Shown: positions 47,400-56,280 of the stretch, piece after piece | Layout of the letters: the number at the start of each line of letters is the position of its first letter | Position numbering within the stretch: position 1 is the first letter of the stretch | NCBI GenBank assembly: GCA_045655765.1 | Contig: JAZOQA010000075.1 | Location: forward strand, 1,676 to 65,675 | Direction: 5' to 3' | DNA: 64,000 nucleotides | From: Eubacteriales bacterium | GTDB lineage: Bacteria; Bacillota; Clostridia; Oscillospirales; CAG-272 | Translations under genes and position numbers: made by a program | Notes under the pieces: model-generated | Told to the model about the DNA's origin: nothing | The model's input: only the letters and a program-made list of their open reading frames with translations | Databases searched by the model: none

Positions 47400-49616
47400 T
47401 CAACAACAATCGAAAATTCTGTTCTTTAACGTGGTGTACCTTAAAATTTCTCGGTTGTTCTCAACCATTCTCGAAGGTATATCGCTTCTGCCTACAAGAA
47501 CCACCATTCTTTTGGCTCTTGTAACTGCCGTATAAAGCAAGTTACGGGTAAGGAGCATAGGTGCGCAGGTATACATAGGAATTACAACGACGGGATATTC
47601 ACTGCCCTGACTCTTATGTACAGTAATAGCATAAGCGAGGTCAAGCTCATCAAGCATATCAAAATCATACCGAGCAAGGCGGTCATCAAATCTTACGTGC
47701 ATTTTGGAGTTTGCAAGGTCGATGACCTCTATAACACCTATATCACCGTTGAAGACACCCGCACCAACCTCGTCACCACGCTCCCACTCGATTTCGTAGT
47801 CGTTGAAAATCTGCATCACACGGTCCCCCTCTCTGAAAACGATGCCTCTTGCTGTTTTTTCCTTTTTAAGCTTGGCGGGAGGGTTCATTCTTTCTTGCAA
47901 AATCGAATTCAAGACCTCAACGCCTCCGCTACCTTTTTTTGATGGAGTGATGACCTGAATTTTGTCTTTTATATCCGCTCCGTATGCCCGTGGGAGCCTT
48001 TCAAGCACAAGCGATGCAACAGTCTGTGCAATATCACGCTCATTCTCACGCCTGACAAAGAAGAAATCGTTGTCGGTGATGTTGATTACAGGGCTTTCGC
48101 CATTATTTATTCTATGTGCGTTGGTTACAATCAGACTTTCCTTTGCCTGTCGGAAGATTTCCGTCAGTCTTACCGTACGTATACACTTCGAGCCTATAAG
48201 GTCGGCAAGCACGTTGCCCGCTCCCACGCTTGGAAGCTGATCGGAGTCGCCAATAAGAATGAGCCTTGACCCCGGACGCATAGCGTGAAGAAGTGCCGCA
48301 GTAAGGGACAAATCAAGCATAGAAGCCTCATCTATTATTACCACGTGCTCATCAAGCGGATTACGCTCGTTTCTGCCGAAGCGTGGCTTGCCTGAGGCGG
48401 GGTTACGCTCGGTTTCGAGCAAGCGATGAACCGTCTTTGCCTTTTCGCTTGTAGCTTCACCCATTCGCTTTGCTGCTCTGCCCGTGGGAGCTGCAAGAGC
48501 TATCTTTAATCCCATACTCGAAAAAATCGAAAGAAGAGCCTTTACAACCGTAGTTTTACCGGTGCCGGGACCGCCAGTCAGAACAAAAACGCCTCCGTCT
48601 AAAGACGCAAACAGTGCTTCTCTTTGATGCTTTTCATAAGAAATACCGACACAAATCTCCACCTTTTCTATAAGTGCCGCTATATCCGCAGTGTCAAGAT
48701 GCGGTGCTTGTTCCTCTAAAAGACGTATTCTTCTTGCTACAAAGTCCTCATCCAGAAAGACCTCGTTTGTCATTATATACTCGTCTGCGTCCGTCTTGTA
48801 AGACGAAAATTCACCGCATAAAAGCTCTTTTTTAAGAAATTCGGAAAGAGTGCCGACATCAACGCCAAGTGTCTGCGAGGCGGCAAGCATGAGCTTTTCC
48901 CGAGGCAAGCAGGTGTGTCCGTTTGCCGATGCATTATATGAAAGAACGTACTCTATTCCCGAGCGAAGTCTGTATTCGGAGCGTTTGTCAAAGCCGAGAG
49001 ATATTGCAAGTGAATCCGCCTTGTCAAAGCCTATACCGAAGTCCCCTGAGCATAAGACGTACGGATTTTCCTTTAATACGTCAACAGAGCTTATTCCAAA
49101 GGTCTTATACACCTTTGTTATTTCAGAGATGCTCATAAATTCTCCGCAGAACATCATCACGCCTCGGATGCCCGTCTGCTCCTTAAAGGACTCGGAAATA
49201 GCATCTGCCTTTTTCATCGTTATTCCCGGAATATCAACAAGCCACTCGGGGTGATTTTCAAGCACGTCAAAGGTATCAAGCCCAAATCTGTTTACGATTT
49301 TAAGAGCTGTGACGGGTCCTACACCCTTTACAGTGCGTGAGGATAGATATTGCAGAATACCGTCTACCTCGACTGGCAAGGTCTTCTCAAAAGTGTCAAA
49401 TGCAAATTGCTTGCCAAATTCCTTATGAAATGTCCATCTGCCCCTGAGCACCACGCACTCGCCCTCAAACGCCATAGGCATAATGCCAACGGCTGTAATA
49501 AGAGCGTTTTCGGAATCGGAGATCTCAATAACCGTATAATCGTTGTCTTCGTTTCTGTAAACCACGTTTTCGACCGTACCCTTAATAACGTCGGTCAGTT
49601 CATTTTTAATTCCCAC
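47400..49616 (-). CDS. recD2: RecD2-type (RecD/TraA family) SF1B ATP-dependent DNA helicase
   Basis: N-terminal HhH region, Walker A GGPGTGKTT, Walker B VIIDEASML, and C-terminal AITVHKSQGSEYPVVV. Confidence 0.9.
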   Translation of the reverse strand: MGIKNELTDVIKGTVENVVYRNEDNDYTVIEISDSENALITAVGIMPMAFEGECVVLRGRWTFHKEFGKQFAFDTFEKTLPVEVDGILQYLSSRTVKGVGPVTALKIVNRFGLDTFDVLENHPEWLVDIPGITMKKADAISESFKEQTGIRGVMMFCGEFMSISEITKVYKTFGISSVDVLKENPYVLCSGDFGIGFDKADSLAISLGFDKRSEYRLRSGIEYVLSYNASANGHTCLPREKLMLAASQTLGVDVGTLSEFLKKELLCGEFSSYKTDADEYIMTNEVFLDEDFVARRIRLLEEQAPHLDTADIAALIEKVEICVGISYEKHQREALFASLDGGVFVLTGGPGTGKTTVVKALLSIFSSMGLKIALAAPTGRAAKRMGEATSEKAKTVHRLLETERNPASGKPRFGRNERNPLDEHVVIIDEASMLDLSLTAALLHAMRPGSRLILIGDSDQLPSVGAGNVLADLIGSKCIRTVRLTEIFRQAKESLIVTNAHRINNGESPVINITDNDFFFVRRENERDIAQTVASLVLERLPRAYGADIKDKIQVITPSKKGSGGVEVLNSILQERMNPPAKLKKEKTARGIVFREGDRVMQIFNDYEIEWERGDEVGAGVFNGDIGVIEVIDLANSKMHVRFDDRLARYDFDMLDELDLAYAITVHKSQGSEYPVVVIPMYTCAPMLLTRNLLYTAVTRAKRMVVLVGRSDIPSRMVENNREILRYTTLKNRIFDCC

Positions 49617-49695
49617 GGCTATCCTCCTTTTTCCCGAAATTCCTTTTTATATTTTATCATTATTTTAAAAAATATGCAATAGATATTTTCAAAAA

Positions 49696-49724
49696 ATAAA
49701 AAACGGCAAACGCCGTTTTTTTAT
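49696..49724. terminator. Bidirectional intrinsic terminator after metK
   Basis: AAAAAACGGC-AAAC-GCCGTTTTTTT hairpin 4 nt after the metK stop, with A/T runs on both sides. Confidence 0.8.
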
Positions 49725-49727
49725 TTT

Positions 49728-50909
49728 TTATTTACAAAGCTCGGAAAGCTCGGCTGCTATATCGCAAGCCTCCCATTTTACCGAAAGCTCTTCTCTGCCC
49801 ATATGACCGTAAGCTGCAAGCTGCTTGTATATCGGACGACGAAGATCGAATTTCTTGATTATAGCTGCGGGGCGAAGATCAACGAGCTTGTCCACCGCCG
49901 CTTCGATTTTTTCGACAGGAACGGTTTCCGTACCAAACGTTTCAATCATAACCGAAACGGGCTTTGCAACGCCTATGGCGTAAGCAATCTGAACCTCGCA
50001 CTTTTTTGCAAGACCTGCCTTTACTACGTTCTTTGCAACGTATCTTGCGGCATAGGACGCACTTCTGTCAACCTTTGTGGGGTCCTTTCCGGAAAATGCA
50101 CCGCCGCCGTGACGGGAGTAGCCGCCGTATGTATCAACTATGATTTTTCTGCCTGTAAGACCCGTATCGCCCTGAGGACCGCCTATAACGAATCTGCCTG
50201 TGGGGTTTACGTGAATATTCACCTTTCCGTCCATAAGTTCTTTAGGAACTATGGGAAGTATTACCTCCTCGATAATATCCTTTCTTATCGTAGCACTGTC
50301 AACCTCGGCACTGTGCTGAGAGGAAACGACAATAGTGTCAACTCTTTTAGGCTCGCCGTCTACGTATTCCACAGTAACCTGAGTCTTTCCGTCGGGACGC
50401 AAATACGAGAGCTTGCCCGACTTTCTGACCTCAGTAAGTCTTTTTGCAAGCTTGTGAGCAAGAGAAATGGGAAGAGGCATAAGCTCGGGAGTCTCATCAC
50501 AAGCATAACCGAACATAAGTCCCTGGTCTCCCGCACCCGTATCAAACTCGTCGGTGTCCTCTCCGTTTTTCGCTTCAAGGGACTTGTCAACGCCAAGAGC
50601 GATATCCTCACTCTGCTCGTGAATAGAGCTTATAACAGCACAAGTCGTTGCGTCAAAGCCGTACTTTGCTCTGTCATAGCCTATTTCCTTTACGGTTTCT
50701 CTTACTATTTTCTGCACGTCGATTTTCGCTGCGGTGGTTATCTCACCCATTACCGTTATAATACCGGTTGTCGCAAAGGTTTCGCAAGCAACTCGGCTCA
50801 TAGGATCCTGTTCTATTATGGCATCAAGAATGGCATCGGAAATTTTGTCGCAAATTTTGTCGGGATGTCCCTCCGTTACAGACTCAGAGGTAAATAGAAA
50901 TTTTTTCAT
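49728..50909 (-). CDS. metK: S-adenosylmethionine synthetase
   Basis: [28 protein letters not shown] and DRSAAY-like motifs, 393 aa. Confidence 0.98.
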   Translation of the reverse strand: MKKFLFTSESVTEGHPDKICDKISDAILDAIIEQDPMSRVACETFATTGIITVMGEITTAAKIDVQKIVRETVKEIGYDRAKYGFDATTCAVISSIHEQSEDIALGVDKSLEAKNGEDTDEFDTGAGDQGLMFGYACDETPELMPLPISLAHKLAKRLTEVRKSGKLSYLRPDGKTQVTVEYVDGEPKRVDTIVVSSQHSAEVDSATIRKDIIEEVILPIVPKELMDGKVNIHVNPTGRFVIGGPQGDTGLTGRKIIVDTYGGYSRHGGGAFSGKDPTKVDRSASYAARYVAKNVVKAGLAKKCEVQIAYAIGVAKPVSVMIETFGTETVPVEKIEAAVDKLVDLRPAAIIKKFDLRRPIYKQLAAYGHMGREELSVKWEACDIAAELSELCK

Positions 50910-50932
50910 TTAACATAATCCTTTCATTTTAC

Positions 50933-51058
50933 AAAGCAAAAGCGGGACACAACGTGCCTCCCGCTTTTATGAAAATCTCATCTGTCGGGATTTGGCACCT
51001 TGTATAAAACAGGTTGCCGGGCTTCACAGGGCCAGTCCCTCCGCCGCTCTTGATAAGT
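50933..51058 (-). promoter_or_regulatory. SAM-I (S-box) riboswitch with expression-platform terminator, leader of metK
   Basis: Minus strand reads CTTATCAAGAGCGGCGGAGGGACTGGCCCTGTGAAGCCCGGCAACC...GGTGCCAAATCCCGACAGATGAG, the canonical S-box core. The terminator AAAAGCGGGAGGCACGTTGTGTCCCGCTTTTG follows, about 25 nt before the metK RBS. Confidence 0.93.
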
Positions 51059-51079
51059 GATATTTATTTTAATAAAAAT

Positions 51080-51109
51080 ATTATAGCATAACTTTCGACA
51101 AAAAGTCAA
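51080..51109 (-). promoter_or_regulatory. Sigma-A-type promoter of the metK riboswitch leader
   Basis: Minus strand reads TTGACT, an 18-nt spacer, then TGCTATAAT (extended -10). The -10 ends about 22 nt upstream of the first S-box helix. Confidence 0.6.
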
Positions 51110-51148
51110 GTGCTTTTTCGAGTTTTTTCTACTTTTTAAAATCTCTTT

Positions 51149-52561
51149 TTAAATTGTTTCAACTTTAATGAGATTTGTATTTCCCGTCGTGCCGTCGGTG
51201 ACGCCGCCGGTGATAACCATTCTGTCACCCGAGGTAAGAGCAAACGTGGATTTTGCAAGCTTTGTTGCCGTATAGAAAAGAACGTCGAGCGACTTGAATT
51301 TTTCACTCATAACGGGAGTTACACCCCAAGAAAGTGCAAGCTTTCGCCACGTAGACTCGGAGGTTGTAACTCCAAGAATGTCTATCGGAGAGCGGAAGCG
51401 TGAGACCATTCGTGCGGTCATACCCGAAAGAGAACAAACGGCTATTGCCTTTGCCTTTATATCTATTGCCATTCCGCAGGTTGCGTGAGAAATCGCATCA
51501 ACCGTGTTTCTGATAAAAAAGTCCGAGTCACGGAAGAATTTTGCATAGTCGATGTTTTCCTCCGTCTTTTTTGCGATTCTCGCCATTGCCTTAACAGCGG
51601 CAACGGGATATTTACCCGCTGCTGTTTCGCCCGAGAGCATAACTGCACTCGTGCCGTCGTAAACTGCGTTGGCAACGTCGGAAATTTCAGCTCTTGTGGG
51701 TCTTGGATTATAAATCATAGACTCAAGCATTTCCGTTGCGGTTATAACCCTCTTTCCAAGCAGGCGGCAGGTTGTAATGAGGTGCTTTTGAATGGCAGGA
51801 AGCTCTTCAAAGGGAATCTCAACTCCCATATCTCCTCTGCCTATCATTATTCCGTCGCATTCCTCGCAAATTTCCTTTATGTTATCGACACCGGAGCGGT
51901 TTTCGATTTTTGCGATTATATCAACGTCGGGGTCGCCCTGATCCTTTAAGAATTTTTTAACGTCAATTAGATCCTGCTTTACCGAAACAAAAGAGCAAGC
52001 GATGAAATCAACGCCGTTTTCTATTCCAAAAAGAATATCGCTCTTGTCATAGTCGCTGAGATATATCTGCTTTAAAACCTTATCGGGAAAGCTCATACTC
52101 TTGCGGTTGGAAACCTCGCCGCCCTCAAGCACCTTGCAGTTTATCTCCGTCCCCTCAACCGACGTTACCTCGAAAATTACAAGACCGTTGTTTAAGAGAA
52201 TTTTATCCCCCACCTTCATTTCCGACGGAAGCTCCTTATAATTGACGGAAACCCGTGTTTCATCTCCCTCGATGTCCTCCGAGGTAAAAGTGAACGTATC
52301 GCCTGCGTTCAGAAACACCTTTCCGTCCTTAAAGGTCTTAATGCGGTATTCGGGTCCCTTTGTGTCAAGAAGAATAGCTATAGGAAGACCGAGCTTTTCT
52401 CTGACACGCTTGATAAGATTTATATTATTTAAGTGATCCTCGTGAGTGCCGTGTGAAAAATTAAGTCTTGCAACGTTCATTCCAGCAAGGCAAAGCTCCG
52501 TCAGCGTTTTTTCGTTATTACACGCAGGACCTATAGTACATACGATTTTGGTTTTTCTCAT
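51149..52561 (-). CDS. pyk: Pyruvate kinase
   Basis: MRKTKIVCTIGP, NFSHG, MIGRGDMGVEIP and MLSGETA motifs. ATG 52561 follows AGGTGA. The ORF track starts at GTG 52570. Confidence 0.96.
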   Translation of the reverse strand: MRKTKIVCTIGPACNNEKTLTELCLAGMNVARLNFSHGTHEDHLNNINLIKRVREKLGLPIAILLDTKGPEYRIKTFKDGKVFLNAGDTFTFTSEDIEGDETRVSVNYKELPSEMKVGDKILLNNGLVIFEVTSVEGTEINCKVLEGGEVSNRKSMSFPDKVLKQIYLSDYDKSDILFGIENGVDFIACSFVSVKQDLIDVKKFLKDQGDPDVDIIAKIENRSGVDNIKEICEECDGIMIGRGDMGVEIPFEELPAIQKHLITTCRLLGKRVITATEMLESMIYNPRPTRAEISDVANAVYDGTSAVMLSGETAAGKYPVAAVKAMARIAKKTEENIDYAKFFRDSDFFIRNTVDAISHATCGMAIDIKAKAIAVCSLSGMTARMVSRFRSPIDILGVTTSESTWRKLALSWGVTPVMSEKFKSLDVLFYTATKLAKSTFALTSGDRMVITGGVTDGTTGNTNLIKVETI

Positions 52562-52623
52562 AACTTTCACCTGTAAAAAGCTTTTATATTTTAGTTTGTC
52601 CCATTTTATGAAATTAAAACACG

Positions 52624-53853
52624 TCAGATAACAATGTGCTTCGGCATTCCGTACTCATACACCTGCTGTATTTCACCATTTATGAGCGGAAGCATATAAT
52701 CTATACCCGCCTTGGTAATTCCGTTGCCCTCTTCGTTTATGTATTCATCGGGAACGGTTCTTATTTCATTCGCAATTCCGAGAATGCTCTCCGTGGAAAC
52801 GGAAACTCTGTATTCCTCCGACGCTTCACGCTTAAAAATCATCATTACGCCGGTTTTGCCCTCGACGGCACTTTCAACACCCGCAGCACCAACCGTCACA
52901 GACTCATCTATGTCGGTCTTTGAAGCAATGTGAGCCGCACAACGCTGCGTAAGGCTAAGCTCGGCAGAGCGTACCTTGCAGCCGATTTTATTCCTTACAA
53001 TTTCCTCAAGCACCTTGCCCGTACCTGCAAGATACTTATGTCCGAATACGTCCACAGCACCTGACTGAGTTCCCTCTCCAACGTATCTGCCGTCCTTGAA
53101 TTTTATACCCTCAGAAACGGCAACAAGCACAGCGGGGTGGTCGTCAAGCACACGCTTTACGGACGAAATAAACTCGTCCTCGTCAAATACTCTTTCAGGC
53201 AGATAGATAAGATCGGGACCGTCACCGCTTACGGTGGGAAGTGCCGCCGCAGCAGTAAGCCAGCCTGCATCTCGACCCATAATTTCAACAATAGTAACCG
53301 CCTTTACGGTATAAACGGAAATATCTCTCTTAAATTCCTTGATTGTAGTTGCGACAAATTTCGCCGCTGAGCCAAAGCCGGGGGTGTGATCCGTTGCGGC
53401 AAGGTCGTTGTCTATGGTCTTGGGAATTCCTACAACTCGCATTTCATAGTCGTTACCCTTTGCATACTCCGAGAGCTTTAAGACGGTGTCCATAGAATCG
53501 TTTCCGCCTATGTAGAAGAAATAGCGAATATCATACTTTTTAAATATCTCGAAAAGCTTTTCGTAGGTTTCGCCGTCCTTTTCGGGTGTGCCGAGCTTTT
53601 TTCTGCAAGAGCCGAGAGCCGCTGCAGGGGTGGTTTTAAGAGTATCAAGTGCTTGGGCATCATCGCCGAAAATCGCACCGAGGTCCACAAGGTCCTCACG
53701 AAGAAGTCCCTCCACGCCGTTTCTCATTCCGTAAACAGTTTTTATTGCCTCCGAGCGTAAAGCACCTGAAATAACACCCGCAAGGGTTGCGTTTATAGCC
53801 GATGTCGGACCTCCCGACTGACCTACAACTGCATTGCCGTAAAGAATACTCAT
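52624..53853 (-). CDS. Phosphofructokinase, PfkA family, with the pyrophosphate-dependent sequence signature
   Basis: GQSGGPTSAINA, IGGNDS (aligned to E. coli GGDGS) and IPKTIDNDL (aligned to E. coli LPGTIDND) give the Asp104/Lys124 pair associated with PPi dependence. 409 aa. Confidence 0.85.
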   Translation of the reverse strand: MSILYGNAVVGQSGGPTSAINATLAGVISGALRSEAIKTVYGMRNGVEGLLREDLVDLGAIFGDDAQALDTLKTTPAAALGSCRKKLGTPEKDGETYEKLFEIFKKYDIRYFFYIGGNDSMDTVLKLSEYAKGNDYEMRVVGIPKTIDNDLAATDHTPGFGSAAKFVATTIKEFKRDISVYTVKAVTIVEIMGRDAGWLTAAAALPTVSGDGPDLIYLPERVFDEDEFISSVKRVLDDHPAVLVAVSEGIKFKDGRYVGEGTQSGAVDVFGHKYLAGTGKVLEEIVRNKIGCKVRSAELSLTQRCAAHIASKTDIDESVTVGAAGVESAVEGKTGVMMIFKREASEEYRVSVSTESILGIANEIRTVPDEYINEEGNGITKAGIDYMLPLINGEIQQVYEYGMPKHIVI

Positions 53854-53907
53854 TTTTAACGTCCTCTCTTGGTAAACACAAATTTACCCATTTTAATTTA
53901 TACCTAT

Positions 53908-53936
53908 ATTATACATCTAAAAACAAGAAAAGTCAA
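53908..53936 (-). promoter_or_regulatory. Sigma-A-type promoter of the pfk-pyk unit
   Basis: Minus strand reads TTGACT, a 17-nt spacer, then TGTATAAT (extended -10), about 55 nt upstream of the pfk ATG. Confidence 0.6.
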
Positions 53937-53957
53937 CCGAAAAGAGGCACTCTTTGA

Positions 53958-54509
53958 TTAATTATTTTCTTCACAAACAGGCAAAAATGAACAGTTGATT
54001 TTTCCAAAGTTCAGATGTGCCGCACAAGCCCTTAAATATTTGTCCTTTGCAAAGCCGTAATCTCTGAAATATGCGTGCTCAAAGACGTCTATTGCAAGGA
54101 GCATATCAGCCCCCCTCGGTGTGTCGCTTGCTTCGGAAAAGCCTATTCTACCCGCTCTGTCCTTATAAATTGTGACAAAGCCCGAGGGAAGTCCCGAGGC
54201 AAATCTCAAAAGCTCGTAGGCAAACGAGTTTTCCGAGCCGAAGCTCTCTTTTATTTTTTGACACGGGACGTATGTGTCACCAAATGAATCGAAGTAAATA
54301 TCGTGTAATTTGATTTCAAGGGCAAGCCTTGACAACTGCGAACGCTCGCCAAGAGGAATTTTGAGCATATAAATTTCACGCTCATTTAAATTTAAAACGT
54401 CAAACCCGCTCTTTTTATAAATCGATGCCTTGTGCCTTAATCTGCGAACGTATTCCTCGTGCTCTCGTATCGCGCCCTCCGACAAAAATCCACTCATTCC
54501 CTTATTCAT
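53958..54509 (-). CDS. Divergent Fe/Mn superoxide dismutase family protein
   Basis: AIDVFEHAYFRDY aligns to the SOD D-x-W-E-H-A-Y-Y motif (Asp and His ligands). EHEEYV aligns to HHQTYV and KLHDIYF to WNHTFYW, so all four metal ligands appear retained. The start is uncertain (ATG 54509 or 54497; the ORF track gives 54551). Confidence 0.6.
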   Translation of the reverse strand: MNKGMSGFLSEGAIREHEEYVRRLRHKASIYKKSGFDVLNLNEREIYMLKIPLGERSQLSRLALEIKLHDIYFDSFGDTYVPCQKIKESFGSENSFAYELLRFASGLPSGFVTIYKDRAGRIGFSEASDTPRGADMLLAIDVFEHAYFRDYGFAKDKYLRACAAHLNFGKINCSFLPVCEENN

Positions 54510-54526
54510 AAGCCCTCCCAAATAAT

Positions 54527-54565
54527 AAAATCTCCCTACCAAGATATGCAAGGCAGGGAGATTTT
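54527..54565 (-). terminator. Intrinsic terminator immediately after hslO
   Basis: 14-bp stem AAAATCTCCCT(A/G)CC with one mismatch and an 11-nt loop. On the minus strand it is followed by AUUAUUU. It begins 1 nt after the hslO stop. Confidence 0.7.
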
Positions 54566-54566
54566 G

Positions 54567-55463
54567 TTAAACTATGAGATCCTTTTCGCCAAAGGTATAT
54601 TCGCTACTACAGAAGCGGCACAGTGCCGTAAGCTCACGGGGCTTCCCCTCTGCCACCTGCTCGTCGAGCATTTTAAGAATTTCCTTATTTCCAAGGCTTT
54701 GGATTTTCTTTTGCATACGCTCACGTGAGCAGTCGCACGCATATTCAACCTCGATTTCATCAAAGAGGTCGTAAGGCACGTCACGAAGTGCGATGTCCGC
54801 TATTTCTACATTGGTCATTCCCTTTTCAAAATAACGTGAGATGTTAGAAAGGTCGGCGGCGTTACGCTCTATCAAATCAAGCGTTTTTTCGTCGGGGAAA
54901 GGCATCATTTGTATAAGAACGCCGCCTGCGGCAAGACAGGAGTAGTCCTTGTCTACGAGAACTCCGAGTGAAAGAACGGTTGGAACCTGCTCACTTTTTG
55001 CAAAATAAGTAGCTATGTCCTCGGCAATCTCACCGCTTACAATCTCGGTCATTCCCATCTGCGGCTCACCGCCGCCCATATCACGTATGAAAGAGAGCAT
55101 TCCGCCGCCCACCGCAGCACCTACGTCAAGCTTGCCGTTTGGCTTTTTCGGAGGATTTACCAGCGGATTTTGAATGTAGCCCTTTACGTTTCCGTAATAA
55201 TCGCCGACCGATATGAGCTTTCCCGCAGGGCCGTCACCGGCAAAGGTAACTGTTACACGGTCGTCCTTTTCGGGGAGCATAGTTCCTATCATAGAGGTGG
55301 CACTGATAAGTCTTCCGAGTGCCGCAGTCGCCGTAGGCGAGGTTCTGTGACATTTAATCATATCGTTGACCATTTTTGTGGAATTGATGACTAAAATTCG
55401 GGCAGAACCGTCTCTTGTCATTCCTCTTATAATTGTCGAAGCTTTCATTTCCTTGCTTTTCAT
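54567..55463 (-). CDS. hslO: Redox-regulated chaperone Hsp33
   Basis: C-terminal zinc switch CDCS...(28 aa)...CRFCSSEY (CXC plus CXXC) and a typical Hsp33 N-terminal domain. Start is taken at M40 of the ORF-track product after GGTGA, which removes the overlap with the upstream gene. Confidence 0.9.
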   Translation of the reverse strand: MKSKEMKASTIIRGMTRDGSARILVINSTKMVNDMIKCHRTSPTATAALGRLISATSMIGTMLPEKDDRVTVTFAGDGPAGKLISVGDYYGNVKGYIQNPLVNPPKKPNGKLDVGAAVGGGMLSFIRDMGGGEPQMGMTEIVSGEIAEDIATYFAKSEQVPTVLSLGVLVDKDYSCLAAGGVLIQMMPFPDEKTLDLIERNAADLSNISRYFEKGMTNVEIADIALRDVPYDLFDEIEVEYACDCSRERMQKKIQSLGNKEILKMLDEQVAEGKPRELTALCRFCSSEYTFGEKDLIV

Positions 55464-55482
55464 TATAAAATCACCGCCGTTT

Positions 55483-56244
55483 TTATATATTTTTCTTGCA
55501 TCTTGCGACGATATAAATTCGCTCGTCGCAATCGCTTGCTTCTTTAAAATTAAAATCAGAATAGGCTCCGACAAATTCAAAGCCTGTATTCAAAAGTGCG
55601 TGCTTTAAGGAACGAATGGTATACATTCTCTCTCTGCCCACCTCGTCATACCTTTCATATCTTCCGTCCTCGCACTCCGTCATAACCGTAAAGCAAAAAT
55701 CGCAAATATGAGTTTTGGGATTATATTCGTTTTGCCAAATGCAAAACGCACCGTCCTCCTCGAAAACGTAGGACCTGTCGGCGTATATATTTTCAAATTT
55801 ATACTTGCCGTTGACGTCGAAGATGAAAAGACCGTCCGGGGAGAGATAATTATGCACAAGAGACAAGCATTTTTTTAAATCAGAGGGACCTGTTAGGTGG
55901 TTGATGCAGTCAAGACAGCTCACAGCAACGTCAACCGTACCGTAAAGCTCAAACTCCCGCATATCCTGACAAAGAAGAAGAATTCTGTCAGAAAGACCGC
56001 ACTCCTCTGCCGCACACCTTGCCTCGTCAAGCATCTCGGGGGATATATCAACGCCCGTCATATCGTGTCCCCTTTTTGCAAGCTCAAGGGTCATACGCCC
56101 TGTGCCGCAGCCGAGGTCAAGCCAAAGCTCGGGGTCGGTCGGATATTCTCTTTTCACAATTTCTTCTATAAAATCCGCCCAAAGCGAATAATCGATATTT
56201 CCGTTAATTTTGTCATAAAACGGAGCAAGAATGTCGTAAAACAT
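55483..56244 (-). CDS. Class I SAM-dependent methyltransferase (small-molecule/RNA type)
   Basis: Motif I WLDLGCGTGRMTLELA, an acidic loop GVDISPEML, and motif II LLCQDM. No (D/N)PP(Y/F/W) DNA-methyltransferase motif is visible. 253 aa. Confidence 0.8.
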   Translation of the reverse strand: MFYDILAPFYDKINGNIDYSLWADFIEEIVKREYPTDPELWLDLGCGTGRMTLELAKRGHDMTGVDISPEMLDEARCAAEECGLSDRILLLCQDMREFELYGTVDVAVSCLDCINHLTGPSDLKKCLSLVHNYLSPDGLFIFDVNGKYKFENIYADRSYVFEEDGAFCIWQNEYNPKTHICDFCFTVMTECEDGRYERYDEVGRERMYTIRSLKHALLNTGFEFVGAYSDFNFKEASDCDERIYIVARCKKNI

Positions 56245-56280
56245 AGTGTTTTCTCCAAGATTTTGCTTTTAAAAGCTTAT

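Noticed and set aside
49803-50897. 364-aa plus-strand ORF covering almost all of metK in antisense
   Set aside because: It is a shadow ORF of a very highly conserved gene on the opposite strand. The product is low-complexity and Cys/Arg/Leu-rich, has no RBS and matches no recognisable family.
55483-56244. Methyltransferase as the modification half of a restriction-modification or BREX-like system
   Set aside because: It has no DNA-methyltransferase catalytic motif or target-recognition domain, and it is small. I keep it only as a low-confidence question in the findings.
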